Assembly (NCBI GenBank): GCA_963720465.1 | Contig: OY970393.1 | Coordinates: 576,001 to 640,000 of the forward strand | DNA from: Methanobacteriota archaeon | GTDB taxonomy: Archaea; Halobacteriota; Bog-38; Methanoflorentales; Methanoflorentaceae | DNA length: 64,000 nt | Reading direction: 5' to 3' | Shown: positions 19,783 through 29,513 of the stretch, piece by piece | How positions within the stretch are numbered: the stretch's first letter is position 1 | Layout: each line of letters starts with the position of its first letter | Program-made: the position numbers and the translations under genes | The notes under the pieces: model-generated | The model's input: the letters and a program-made list of their open reading frames with translations, nothing else | What the model was told of the DNA's origin: nothing | Databases searched by the model: none

Positions 19783-21225
19783 ATGATGCAGCAACGCAAT
19801 CTCGACGTGCCCCGCGTGCTCATCGCGGCTGATAGGAGTTCAGCGGGAAAAACGACGATCGCTGTGGGACTGATGTCCATCCTCACCAAAGAGGGTCAAG
19901 CCGTTCAGCCATTCAAAGTGGGCTTAGATTATATTGACCCGAGTTACCATTCTGAGGTCACGGGGCGCTTTTCCCGCAACCTCGATGGCTATTTGATGAG
20001 CAGGCAAGCTATCGTTGAGGTTTTTTCGCACGCAAGTCGCGGTGCCGACATAGTCATCGTAGAGGGCGTTAGAGGTCTTTACGAGGGTCTCGAAAGTTTA
20101 AGTGACATCGGCAGCACGGCGCAAGTCGCCAAGATTCTGCGTTCACCTGTGATCTTGGTCATTGACGCGCGGAGCATCACAAGAAGCACTGCAGCGTTAG
20201 TGAAAGGCTACCGGTCATTTGACAGGCGAGTTGCCATCAAAGGAGTCATACTCAACAATATAGGAAGTGCGACGCACGCAGCCAAAGCGAAAGAGGCAAT
20301 TGAACACTATACGGGCATCGACGTGATCGGGCAAATCCCGCGTGACGATTCGATGCACCTAGCAATGCGCCACTTAGGACTCGTACCCGCTTCCGAAGGG
20401 CTTGTTCGAGACCGTGCTTTTCGAAAACAGCTGGAAAACATCGAAGATATTATCCGCGGCCACCTTGACGTCGACAAGGTGCTTCAAATTGCGAAGAGCG
20501 CCGGTCCGATGCCGCGAGTGGCGCCGACGGTGTTTGTACCGTCGAACGAAAAGCGGACGCGCGGAGCAAAGGTGCGAATCGGAGTGGCGTACGATGAGAC
20601 TTTTAACTTTTATTATCACGACTTGTTCGATTTGTTCTTCTTAAACGCCGTTGATGTTGTCTTCTTTAGTCCTTTACGCGATAGCGCGATTCCCAACGTT
20701 CACGGCGTTTATCTAGGCGGCGGATATCCGGAACTGTTCGCACACGAGCTGGAGCGAAACCGCTCAATGCGAGATTCCCTCGCTTCAAATGCCCAAGAAG
20801 GCATACCAATTTTTGCAGAATGCGGTGGCCTTATGTACCTCACGGAGACGCTCGAGTATGCTGGACGAACCTCAAAAATGGTCGGTATTATTCCCGCAAA
20901 AACGAATATGATCCATAAACGGGTGATCGGCTACGTCGCGGGCACGACTATCCGCGATACCATCATCGGGCGCAAAGGAACCCGATTTCGAGGACACGAA
21001 TTTCACTATTCAGAACTCACAGATCTGGGCGGCAAACTCGAGTTTGCGTTTAAGCTGCAAAAAGGAATAGGTATAACAGACGGATGCGATGGTATACAAG
21101 TCGAGAAGACGCTCGCTTCGTACGCCCACGTTCATCCGCTATCGTACCCCGATCTTGCGGCAACCTTCGTGCACTCGTGCGCGGAGTTCAAGGACCAAAA
21201 AGCTCACAGCACGCGATCTCTCTAA
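19783..21225 (+). CDS. cfbB: Ni-sirohydrochlorin a,c-diamide synthase
   Basis: DRSSAGKTT, FKVGLDYIDPSYH, EGVRGLYEG, RHLGL, AECGGLMYL, GHEFHYS. Confidence 0.93.
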   Translation: MMQQRNLDVPRVLIAADRSSAGKTTIAVGLMSILTKEGQAVQPFKVGLDYIDPSYHSEVTGRFSRNLDGYLMSRQAIVEVFSHASRGADIVIVEGVRGLYEGLESLSDIGSTAQVAKILRSPVILVIDARSITRSTAALVKGYRSFDRRVAIKGVILNNIGSATHAAKAKEAIEHYTGIDVIGQIPRDDSMHLAMRHLGLVPASEGLVRDRAFRKQLENIEDIIRGHLDVDKVLQIAKSAGPMPRVAPTVFVPSNEKRTRGAKVRIGVAYDETFNFYYHDLFDLFFLNAVDVVFFSPLRDSAIPNVHGVYLGGGYPELFAHELERNRSMRDSLASNAQEGIPIFAECGGLMYLTETLEYAGRTSKMVGIIPAKTNMIHKRVIGYVAGTTIRDTIIGRKGTRFRGHEFHYSELTDLGGKLEFAFKLQKGIGITDGCDGIQVEKTLASYAHVHPLSYPDLAATFVHSCAEFKDQKAHSTRSL

Positions 21226-21739
21226 TGAACGCGGTGTTAAACTCCGCGATCGCACGCGGATCGGTTGCTGTTGTGATGCTGCCATCACGCTCGACTGGCC
21301 TGCCGGTGTAGTTTGCCCCGGCTTGCTCCAACTCCGCCCCCACTGCCGGGTGTGATGTCAAAGTCTTGTTCTTGACAATTCCAGCCGAGATGAGTACCTG
21401 TGGCCCGTGACAAACGGCGCCGATCCGGAGTCCTCCGTCATAAGCTTCTCTAACGACTTTTTGAACGTCTAGATCGTCACGAATTTTAGACGGTGCTCTC
21501 CCGCCAGGAATATAAAGCGCCGCATAGTTTCTAGCGTCGACGTCACGCACCAATGTATCAGGAATAACGGCCACTTCGCCGCGCTTTCCGTTGAGAACGT
21601 CGGACGAAGTACTGGCTACGGTGACAGTCGCGCCTTCTAGCATCAGCGGTCCAGCAACGTCGCGAAACTCCGAATCCTCGAACTCTGACGCCAGCAAAAC
21701 GAGCACGTGTTTTCCTTCTAATCTCTTGATAATGGGCAT
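21188..21739 (-). CDS. DJ-1/PfpI family protein (type 1 GATase-like)
   Basis: FEDSE, LYIPGG, GAVCHGPQVL; 3' end overlaps cfbB convergently. Confidence 0.9.
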   Translation of the reverse strand: MPIIKRLEGKHVLVLLASEFEDSEFRDVAGPLMLEGATVTVASTSSDVLNGKRGEVAVIPDTLVRDVDARNYAALYIPGGRAPSKIRDDLDVQKVVREAYDGGLRIGAVCHGPQVLISAGIVKNKTLTSHPAVGAELEQAGANYTGRPVERDGSITTATDPRAIAEFNTAFIREIACCELFGP

Positions 21740-22080
21740 AAACCATCGTTGCGAGTTTCTTGAGAAATATCTTGCCCCCTCTTTACCTCGACCCCTCCTG
21801 TCAAGTGCTCTGCTAAGGTTCGTGCCAGACGCAGACGCCAAGAACACAGCGACAGTCTCGCGGCGACAAACTGCCAACTGGGAGAGAGCCGCGGTTGTCT
21901 CATTCTTCCCACGTTGACAGAAAAGACTTTGAAGGCCGTGCAAATGGGGTTGTGTGCGCTGCAACCGCGCGTGGCCTAACGTGTGAGGAAAATGCGTTAG
22001 ATTCTCTTAACCAATCATCACTCTTTTTTATTTGGACATTATTAACTACATGAGAGTTTTATTTCGTTGGTGAGTGACGC

Positions 22081-22548
22081 ATGCACTTTACGCATATACA
22101 GAACGGTAAGGCACAGCAAGTGGATATCTCTGACAAACCAGTCGCTTACAGGAGCGCGTTAGCTGAAGGAACTATTGAGCTTAAATCCGAGACTATTGAC
22201 GCAATAAAACAGGGCTCGATTGAAAAAGGGAATGTACTGAATACCGCGACGGTCGCCGCTGTGCTTGCGACTAAGCAGACGCCCTACGTCATCCCATTGT
22301 GTCATCCGATCCCACTGACAAGCATCAAAGTGGATTATTCCGTGCTCAACACGTCAATCACGGCGACCGTTGAGGTAAAATCGGAGGGCAAGACGGGAGT
22401 TGAGATGGAAGCACTCACGGGCGTAAGCGTTGCACTATTAACGATATGGGATATGGTCAAGAGCGGCGAGAAAGACGCAACTGGCAACTACCCCAGCACA
22501 AGAATGCGTGACATACGAGTCTTACACAAGAGCAAAATTGAGAGGTGA
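22081..22548 (+). CDS. moaC: Cyclic pyranopterin monophosphate synthase
   Basis: VDISDK, IPLCHP, TGVEMEALTG, IWDMVK. Confidence 0.96.
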   Translation: MHFTHIQNGKAQQVDISDKPVAYRSALAEGTIELKSETIDAIKQGSIEKGNVLNTATVAAVLATKQTPYVIPLCHPIPLTSIKVDYSVLNTSITATVEVKSEGKTGVEMEALTGVSVALLTIWDMVKSGEKDATGNYPSTRMRDIRVLHKSKIER

Positions 22549-22679
22549 GGTCTCATTAGAAAATCGTACGTATCCAACGCAGCGTTCATCGCGCCTGCGT
22601 TGCCTTGCGCTACGCGAAAAAAGAACAACCGTTTTGGCGACCACACGTCTATATGGCATGCGAAAACAATGAGCGTCAT

Positions 22680-23528
22680 ATGACACGCGCGTCAGCGCGC
22701 GGGGCCGGCACCGTCATCAATGGGATCGCCACGCTCAAAGGATCTGCTTTTGCCATCGGGCTGAAAACTCACGCTGATGTCGAAGTCGTCGACAGCGGCA
22801 TCACGTGCGAAATTGCCGATGATCCCTCTGCCGATACCTCGCTTATCGCAGAGTGTGGACGCTTGGTTGTCGAACGATACGCCCCTAGATCCGGCGTCCA
22901 CATCGTGACGAGAAGCGAAATACCGATGGCAAGTGGCCTAAAGAGCAGTAGCGCAGCAGCGAACGCCGCGGTACTCGCACTCGTCGAAGCCCTTGACGTT
23001 GAACTAGAACCGCTCGACATTGTCAAACTTGGCGTCCTTGCAGCGCGACGAGCCGGAGTCACCATTACGGGGGCGTTCGATGACGCGTGCGCCTCTTTTT
23101 TCGGAGGACTCGTCTTCACGGACAACGAGCACGACGTGCTCCTAAAGCGTGTTGAAATAAACGACACTGTAGTAGTATACGTCCCGCGACGCAAAGCCTA
23201 TTCAGCGAAGGCGGACGTCTCGCGAGCACGACTGCTCGCGCCGTGGGTCGATATGGCGTACCATCTGGCTCTCGATGGCGAATATGAAAAGGCTATGGTC
23301 TTAAACGGCTTGCTGTACTGCACCGCATTTGGCTTTAGCCCGGAGCCTATAGTATCCGCGCTGGCTGCCGGAGCGCAAGCTGCGACCCTTTCCGGAACGG
23401 GACCAGCATACATTGCTGTTGTGGACCAGTCATCTTTACGGACCGTCAAACAAGCGTGGGAACCGCTCGAGGGGTTTATTATTGAGACCGAGACGTCAAA
23501 TAGAGGAGCGCAGATAGAAGCGTCTTGA
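22680..23528 (+). CDS. aroK: Archaeal shikimate kinase (GHMP family)
   Basis: SEIPMASGLKSSSAAANA, VTITGAFDDACAS, LSGTGPA. Confidence 0.95.
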   Translation: MTRASARGAGTVINGIATLKGSAFAIGLKTHADVEVVDSGITCEIADDPSADTSLIAECGRLVVERYAPRSGVHIVTRSEIPMASGLKSSSAAANAAVLALVEALDVELEPLDIVKLGVLAARRAGVTITGAFDDACASFFGGLVFTDNEHDVLLKRVEINDTVVVYVPRRKAYSAKADVSRARLLAPWVDMAYHLALDGEYEKAMVLNGLLYCTAFGFSPEPIVSALAAGAQAATLSGTGPAYIAVVDQSSLRTVKQAWEPLEGFIIETETSNRGAQIEAS

Positions 23529-23589
23529 CCATCAAGCGACGACGAGGAGCCAACGTTCTTTTAATACGTGGTATATATAGTCAAGCCGG

Positions 23590-23874
23590 ATGATAGAAAA
23601 AGTGCGAGGTCAAATAGCAGTAATCGATGCGGAAATCGTTGAACTGATAGCACGACGAACAGACCTAGCGTCGCAGGTCTTACGCGCGAAAAGGGCGGAT
23701 GGCTTCACCCAGATTGACGATGAGAAGCAGCACGAACGAGTGCTCAATAGAGCCGTCGACATGGCTACCGAACGAAACATTGACGCGGGTGCAGTGAAAA
23801 AAATTTTTGAGATTCTCATCGCAATGAACTTAGAAATACAGCATGGATTGAGCGGCGAAGGTAATTTGCCGTAG
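23590..23874 (+). CDS. Chorismate mutase (AroQ type)
   Basis: R..I..ID..IVELIARR pattern, C-terminal GEGNLP; follows aroK. Confidence 0.88.
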   Translation: MIEKVRGQIAVIDAEIVELIARRTDLASQVLRAKRADGFTQIDDEKQHERVLNRAVDMATERNIDAGAVKKIFEILIAMNLEIQHGLSGEGNLP

Positions 23875-23910
23875 CCGCACATCTGCCGCAAGCGCGAGCA
23901 AGCAACCCTT

Positions 23911-24882
23911 ATGATCTATCAGAAAAACGGAATATCCGTCACTTTTGCAGACGGAACAAAATTCAGATTAGACCCGAGAACGTACTCCCCAGAAGAAATA
24001 AATTTGGTTTCACACGGACACTCTGACCACCTTCCCACTCGCTGCCACGGCAAAAGCGTCGTTATGTCTGATGTCACGCAGAAACTGCTGAAGCTAAGGA
24101 AACGGGCGACAGCAGACATATTGTGCCACGCAAGTGTGCGCCCACTTGACGCAGGTCACGTTGTCGGCTCGCGCATGTTTTTCCTTGAGGGCGACCAGAG
24201 TATCCTCTACACTGGCGACTTCTGCACCAAACAAAAGTTTTTTTCTCAGGGGGCGCAGCCAGTCAATGCCGACGTTTTGATAATCGAATCCACATTCGGA
24301 AGCGAGGAGTATGTCTTTCCCGAAACGAAGGAAGTCGCAACGCAGATTCGACAATGTGTCGCTTCGTGCATTGAAAACGAAGAATCGGCGATCGTTCTCG
24401 CTTATCCTTTCGGAAAGGCGCAAGAGCTTACGCACATGCTTCGCGATTATGCTCCTTTTGTCGACAGCGGCATCTATCAGATTAATGACACGCTGAGGAG
24501 CTTTGGTTACGATTTTCGTGATCAACTATTCGACGCAGCTGCAGTCACCGAAGCGCGAGAACCGTTTGTGCTCATCACGTCGGGGCGCTCGACCCCCCAA
24601 GGGCAGGACGGACTGCTCCGCGGAAAAAGGCGTACGCTAGCAGTCTCCGGTTGGGCGGCGGGCCGCGGTTTCAAGTACTTTCGAGGAGTAGACTACGCAT
24701 TTGCACTGTCAGACCACGCAGATTTTCAAGATCTCTTGCGCTTCGTTGACCGATGTAACCCTGATGTGGTCTACACGTGCCACGGGTTTGCAAAGAAGTT
24801 TGCAGGTCTCGTTCACGCCCAACTCGGGATCGATGCGGTGCCACTCGAGAAAGGGCAACACTTTTTGTCTAACTACGCATAA
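23911..24882 (+). CDS. Metallo-beta-lactamase/beta-CASP fold nuclease
   Basis: SHGHSDH, AGHVVGS, YTGDF, IESTFG, LSDHADF, TCHG; C-terminal QHFLSNY. Confidence 0.88.
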   Translation: MIYQKNGISVTFADGTKFRLDPRTYSPEEINLVSHGHSDHLPTRCHGKSVVMSDVTQKLLKLRKRATADILCHASVRPLDAGHVVGSRMFFLEGDQSILYTGDFCTKQKFFSQGAQPVNADVLIIESTFGSEEYVFPETKEVATQIRQCVASCIENEESAIVLAYPFGKAQELTHMLRDYAPFVDSGIYQINDTLRSFGYDFRDQLFDAAAVTEAREPFVLITSGRSTPQGQDGLLRGKRRTLAVSGWAAGRGFKYFRGVDYAFALSDHADFQDLLRFVDRCNPDVVYTCHGFAKKFAGLVHAQLGIDAVPLEKGQHFLSNYA

Positions 24883-24984
24883 TATCGCCGGCTTATAGGT
24901 GTGTAATACGCGCAGAAATGCTCAAAAACGTCCAAGTAAGAGCGTATATATAGCAAAAGCGGTCACTTTACATGGGAGATCAAG

Positions 24985-25218
24985 ATGTCTGGCCCTAATG
25001 ACAACCAAACAAAGATCCTGAGCTATTTGAAAAAAGGGGTTACACGAGGCAAATACTTTTTCAAAAGCAAATCAATAGCGCGAGAACTAGGCCTGAGTCC
25101 CAACGAAGTCGGTACGAATATCAGCATGCTCATCGACAACTCCGACGACATCGTCATCGAGAAATGGAGCTATTCTCACGGAACCACGTGGCGCGTGTAC
25201 ACCGCGAAGAAAGCTTGA
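24985..25218 (+). CDS. Small winged-helix protein (DUF7123-like)
   Basis: YFFKSKSIARELGLSPNEVG...IEKW...TTWRV; TATA-like element upstream. Confidence 0.75.
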   Translation: MSGPNDNQTKILSYLKKGVTRGKYFFKSKSIARELGLSPNEVGTNISMLIDNSDDIVIEKWSYSHGTTWRVYTAKKA

Positions 25219-25251
25219 ACTTTCTTTTTTGAGCCGACCTCTGGTGAGCTC

Positions 25252-25812
25252 TTGACTTCGGTAGTGGTTATCAACAATTACGGACAATTTGCCCATTTGA
25301 TTCATCGCACTGTTCGGGACCTAGGCATTCAATGCGAGCTCGTAAAGAATACGCTTAGCCCCGACGAGTTGCTCCAGCGCAGTCCCGATGGTTTAATCTT
25401 GAGCGGCGGCCCAACGCTGGACCGCATAGGGAACTGCAAACAATACGTACGAGAGATAGAGCTGCCGATTCTAGGGATTTGCTTGGGCCATCAGCTGATA
25501 GCTGAGACGTTTGGTGGTGCCGTCGGTAAAGGCGCGTCAGGGGGGTATGCTAACGTCACGGTTGAGATCATTGAGCCTGACGACATACTGCTAGGTATCG
25601 GGCCGACAATAACTACATGGGCGTCTCACGCCGACGAAGTCAGTCGCTTGCCGAATAATTTTGTAAAACTCGCCCGTTCAGCGATATGCGAAATAGAAGC
25701 AATGAAGCACCCTTCCAAACTTATCTATGGGGTACAGTGGCATCCGGAAGTGGCGCACACAGAAGCGGGCAATACTCTTATACTAAACTTTCTTAAGATC
25801 TGCGAGTCCTAA
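25252..25812 (+). CDS. guaAA: GMP synthase glutamine amidotransferase subunit A
   Basis: NYGQF, LSGGP, LGICLGHQ, SHADEV, QWHPEV. Confidence 0.95.
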   Translation: MTSVVVINNYGQFAHLIHRTVRDLGIQCELVKNTLSPDELLQRSPDGLILSGGPTLDRIGNCKQYVREIELPILGICLGHQLIAETFGGAVGKGASGGYANVTVEIIEPDDILLGIGPTITTWASHADEVSRLPNNFVKLARSAICEIEAMKHPSKLIYGVQWHPEVAHTEAGNTLILNFLKICES

Positions 25813-26039
25813 CGCTTCGGTTTTGGTGCCGAGAAGTCGATTCGGATGGCATGCTTGGGACAACTTCCAATACAAGCCGTGCACCCGAGACAGTAACGCG
25901 GATCCTTAACGATACATTTTCGCTTGCCGCTGACTATTGCCGTACCGTAGATTCGCTCGCCTTTCGGACAAACGCGGGCACATTTTCCTATGCCGTCGCA
26001 CTTTTCCAGATCTATAAAAATCTGAGGCATTTGAGGCAA
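25809..26039 (-). CDS. Dicluster ferredoxin
   Basis: CDGIGKCARVCP and CLGCTACIGSCP. Confidence 0.88.
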   Translation of the reverse strand: MPQMPQIFIDLEKCDGIGKCARVCPKGERIYGTAIVSGKRKCIVKDPRYCLGCTACIGSCPKHAIRIDFSAPKPKR

Positions 26040-26052
26040 TGTGGTAGGAAAG

Positions 26053-26514
26053 CTAATCGTTAAGCTCCCCGATCCGCACTTCGCTCACGTAATCTTCGGC
26101 GCCAAAGTGCAAAGACAACTCGCGTGAAGCAGCCTCTGGCGAGTCGGCGGCATGAACCAAGTTCCTCACGGGGTCGAGGCAAAAATCCCCCCGCAAGCTG
26201 CCTGGCACCGCTTCAATAGGATTCGTCGCTCCGACGAGTTGGCGCACCGCTCGCACGGCGTTGAATCCCTCGAACGCCATCACGACGATTGGTCCCGAGG
26301 TGATGTAGTAAACCAGATGGTCGTAAAAGGGCTTGTCCTTATGTTCTGCGTAGTGCTTTCGTGCCGTCTCGATATCCAAATTCTTGAGTTTCAGCGCTCG
26401 AAGTTCCAGGCCTTTCTGCTCGAGTCGTGCAACAATCTTGCCCACCAGCCTTCTTTGAACCCCGTCCGGTTTGATCATCACGAAAGTGCGTTCAATGTGG
26501 TCTTCGGACGCCAT
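26053..26514 (-). CDS. ndk: Nucleoside diphosphate kinase
   Basis: ERTFVMIKPDGVQR, GATNP, PGSLRGDF, RNLVHAADS. Confidence 0.97.
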   Translation of the reverse strand: MASEDHIERTFVMIKPDGVQRRLVGKIVARLEQKGLELRALKLKNLDIETARKHYAEHKDKPFYDHLVYYITSGPIVVMAFEGFNAVRAVRQLVGATNPIEAVPGSLRGDFCLDPVRNLVHAADSPEAASRELSLHFGAEDYVSEVRIGELND

Positions 26515-26525
26515 CTAGACCCTTC

Positions 26526-26714
26526 TCACGCTCTTTTACGTGCCAATCGCCCATGCTCGGTCCAAGCTACGCGTCGCGCAAGACGCCCCAATCTGAAGTT
26601 CTTTTCACACTTGGACGAGCAAAAATGGAACACCGTTCCATCACGTTTGACGAACATCTTCCCTGTTCCAAGTTCGATGGCGCCTCCACAGAACGAACAC
26701 GTCCGCTTTTCCAT
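26526..26714 (-). CDS. rpl24e: 50S ribosomal protein L24e
   Basis: CSFCG..IE.GTGKMFV, FCSSKCEKN, VAWT. Confidence 0.97.
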   Translation of the reverse strand: MEKRTCSFCGGAIELGTGKMFVKRDGTVFHFCSSKCEKNFRLGRLARRVAWTEHGRLARKRA

Positions 26715-26718
26715 GATC

Positions 26719-26940
26719 TTACCGCGTCATGAGTTTCTTAGCCTCGTGAGCCGTCTCGCGAAGCATGAGAATGTCGCCGATTTGGACAGGGCCCACACAA
26801 TTCCTCGTGATTATTCTTCCCTTGTTCGAGCCTTCGAGGATACGGCACTTGACCTGTTTCGCCTCTCCGTGCATCCCCGTGTTTCCTACTATTTCGATTA
26901 TTTCTGCAGGCGTTGCATCGTTGTATTCTGCCACCGACAC
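26719..26940 (-). CDS. rps28e: 30S ribosomal protein S28e
   Basis: [29 protein letters not shown]. Confidence 0.97.
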   Translation of the reverse strand: MSVAEYNDATPAEIIEIVGNTGMHGEAKQVKCRILEGSNKGRIITRNCVGPVQIGDILMLRETAHEAKKLMTR

Positions 26941-26964
26941 GTCCTCCGGGATTCTCTACTAAGT

Positions 26965-27339
26965 TTAGCCTGAGCGAATCGTTTTAAGCTGCTCGACCAC
27001 TTCATCGACGAGAGCCTTGCTCTTTCCTGCATCGATAATTGCGGCCGCGGCTGAGCCCACATCTAGCCCTGACGCAGCACCAAGATCAGTCTGTCTTTTT
27101 ACATAGACGTACGATATGCCCTTCTCATCGCAAAGTGGCGGAATATGCGCTACGATTTCCTCTGGCTGCACGTCTGTGCTAATCAACACGAGTTGAACAA
27201 TGCCCCGTTCGATCGCCTTAGTAACCTCATTGGTGCCCTTTTTTATTTTACCCGTGTCACGCGCACTTTCGAGGGCTTCTAACGCCTTGTTTTCGATTTC
27301 GTCAGGGACGTCAAATTTCACAAAGATTGGTTTTGCCAT
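26965..27339 (-). CDS. rpl7ae: 50S ribosomal protein L7Ae
   Basis: [34 protein letters not shown]. Confidence 0.98.
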   Translation of the reverse strand: MAKPIFVKFDVPDEIENKALEALESARDTGKIKKGTNEVTKAIERGIVQLVLISTDVQPEEIVAHIPPLCDEKGISYVYVKRQTDLGAASGLDVGSAAAAIIDAGKSKALVDEVVEQLKTIRSG

Positions 27340-27349
27340 GCTAACATAC

Positions 27350-27395
27350 CTCTTTCAGGATCACACAGTCGCGCGAATCCTATCATCATTCATCG
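27350..27395 (-). promoter_or_regulatory. Box C/D kink-turn hairpin in the rpl7ae 5' leader (L7Ae autoregulation)
   Basis: Minus strand reads ATGATGA-TA-GGATTCGCGC-GACT-GTGTGATC-CTGA-AA-GAGGT: box C, stem-loop, box D next to the SD sequence. Confidence 0.7.
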
Positions 27396-27563
27396 ATATA
27401 GGTGCTCTGCTGCAACTCAAAAGCCGTATCGATCAAGCATTTCATCGTATAAATAGCCGCTTGCGATGTCGTGTTGGTGTCCTCACGTTATATGTTTATC
27501 TATCTATACTTTTTTGATAGCGCATTAGAGCTCGGGTGAATCGCCAAGAGGCACACCCTGACA

Positions 27564-29513
27564 CTACCGTTGTTTTCGTTCAAACCCGCTTATTTCAGAA
27601 TAGCCGGATGGCAGAAACTTGGCTATTTGATTCACGGTAACAACCGTTCGCAGGCCCTTTTTTTCATCTTCGCGTGCTCTAGCGAGAAGCTCTCGCGATA
27701 CCATCTTTGCGACATCACTCTGGTTGTATTTGCCCGGCTCGAGCACGACAGCCAGTTGAGCCACACGGGTTATTGCCGATACTGGACCCCCCACGATCTT
27801 GTCATCATAGAGGCCGATGGCAAGCCGCGCTTCCGATTCCATATAATGTCGCTCGCCCCGAATAATAAAAGCGCCTTTCGGCACGTACTCTCCAGACTCC
27901 GGGGTTTTCGAAACCTGGGTTGGATGCACCCAGTAACATCGACCAGAGCCCAGACCTTGCTTCCAGATAGACGAGTATGACACAGCGAATTGAGCTGCCT
28001 CGCGCAGCGTGGGGTCGGGTATTTCTTTGCCTTCAGATTTCACGATCACCGCAGGGGCTCCGTGGACATCGGCGTGGAGAAATAGATCGCGTGGTTCCAA
28101 GTATTTCTTCACCAGTTCTTCGTTTGTTTCCGCATCTCTTCCGCCAATTACCAAGAACCCGTCAGTCGAAAAAAACCAACGATACCGCTCGAACCAGCGA
28201 GTTTTCTTTTTCTTCGCACGAAGTTTATTAGACCCCACTTGTTTTCCTGCCGACGCTTTTTCTTGATCTATTTTTTTTATTGAGAGTGCCAGTGCCCGTT
28301 CCGCGCCCTCTGCCTTTGCTTTCATGATCTTAGCTTTTTCATAGTACTTTTGCGCATTTTGCGGGACATCCTGGTCTACAGTGATGTCGATTGTGACGCC
28401 TTCGATGTTTATGGTCACGGTGCCGGTGCGCTGATCGACCTGCTCTACGAATGACAAAGAACCGAGAACGCGACCTAATTCATCCCACGTTTTCGATTCT
28501 CGGGCCCGCCGGACCGTATCTATTAAGCGATCGACCTCTTGATACTTCTCGAACAGCAAATCGCCTTTGAAGTGATCTTCACGATCTCGGCTTTTAAATT
28601 GTTGAATTGCCTCCTTTTGCCTGTCGATAATTTTCTCAAGTCGCGCTTGCGTCGCAGATGTGGTTTCCGGTTTTTCAACTTCTAGGCCGTAGTAGACGTC
28701 GAGGGCCTGATTGAAACTCGCGAAATAGCGTTTCCCGCATCGCTCGAACTGCGACACCTCAAACGGGAGGACGTCGATGGGCACCGAACCGTCTTCACAT
28801 ACGATATGGGGCTTCAGCTTGCTTGATCGTACTGGATCGAAGACAGCTCTGAGCGCTTCGTAGAGCGTCTGAACTTCGTCTGAAGTGAGGCTGGTTTTGT
28901 CTTTCGCTACGTGAGCTCTCAAGCATACTTCTTCAGCATACAAGCCTCCCATATTGAACCGCGTAGCGAGCGTTCTAACTACGTCGCGCGAGATGGACGC
29001 AATCGCTGTTTCAAACTCGTCGTACGAAAGGCCGACAGGGTTGAGTTGCGATGGCGGGTATTCATAGTGTTGCCCTCGTACGACCTGCCTAGCTGTGGAT
29101 CTCATACCTCGCAGCGGTAAAATGATGCGCTTGGATGTGTCGGTAAGGATAACGTTCCCTTTAGAAAAGAGTTCACAGATCAGGTAGCGTTCGTCATCGC
29201 CGCGTGTAAACTGTATCTCCACGATGCGGTCGAAATCGTGTTGCGTAATTGCGGCAATCCTTCCGCCTTTGAGCTCCTTTCTCAGCAGCATCGGGAAACT
29301 GGGGGGCACGGCGGGTGCTAAAGCAGGATTACTCGTCAGGTGCAATCGCTTTCCCGATTCGATTATCAAATCGTATTTTCCATTTCTTGTCGTAAGCTTC
29401 AAGCGAATCTCCACAGGTGAGAGCTGATAGGCTTTTTCCAGTTTCGCCCCGATCAGCACGTCTAATTCTGGTAAAAGGGCTGCAACGTCTACGCTGGTCA
29501 TTACGGTCTTCAA
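27564..29513 (-). CDS. rqcH: Ribosome rescue protein RqcH/NEMF (NFACT)
   Basis: FPMLLRK, FDRIV, ELFSKGN, WFERYRWF, GGRDAETNE, HADVHGAP, GEYVPKGAF. Confidence 0.95.
   Translation of the reverse strand: MKTVMTSVDVAALLPELDVLIGAKLEKAYQLSPVEIRLKLTTRNGKYDLIIESGKRLHLTSNPALAPAVPPSFPMLLRKELKGGRIAAITQHDFDRIVEIQFTRGDDERYLICELFSKGNVILTDTSKRIILPLRGMRSTARQVVRGQHYEYPPSQLNPVGLSYDEFETAIASISRDVVRTLATRFNMGGLYAEEVCLRAHVAKDKTSLTSDEVQTLYEALRAVFDPVRSSKLKPHIVCEDGSVPIDVLPFEVSQFERCGKRYFASFNQALDVYYGLEVEKPETTSATQARLEKIIDRQKEAIQQFKSRDREDHFKGDLLFEKYQEVDRLIDTVRRARESKTWDELGRVLGSLSFVEQVDQRTGTVTINIEGVTIDITVDQDVPQNAQKYYEKAKIMKAKAEGAERALALSIKKIDQEKASAGKQVGSNKLRAKKKKTRWFERYRWFFSTDGFLVIGGRDAETNEELVKKYLEPRDLFLHADVHGAPAVIVKSEGKEIPDPTLREAAQFAVSYSSIWKQGLGSGRCYWVHPTQVSKTPESGEYVPKGAFIIRGERHYMESEARLAIGLYDDKIVGGPVSAITRVAQLAVVLEPGKYNQSDVAKMVSRELLARAREDEKKGLRTVVTVNQIAKFLPSGYSEISGFERKQR

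Noticed and set aside
26152-26973. 273-aa plus-strand ORF
   Set aside because: Antisense to ndk, rpl24e and rps28e; not protein-like.
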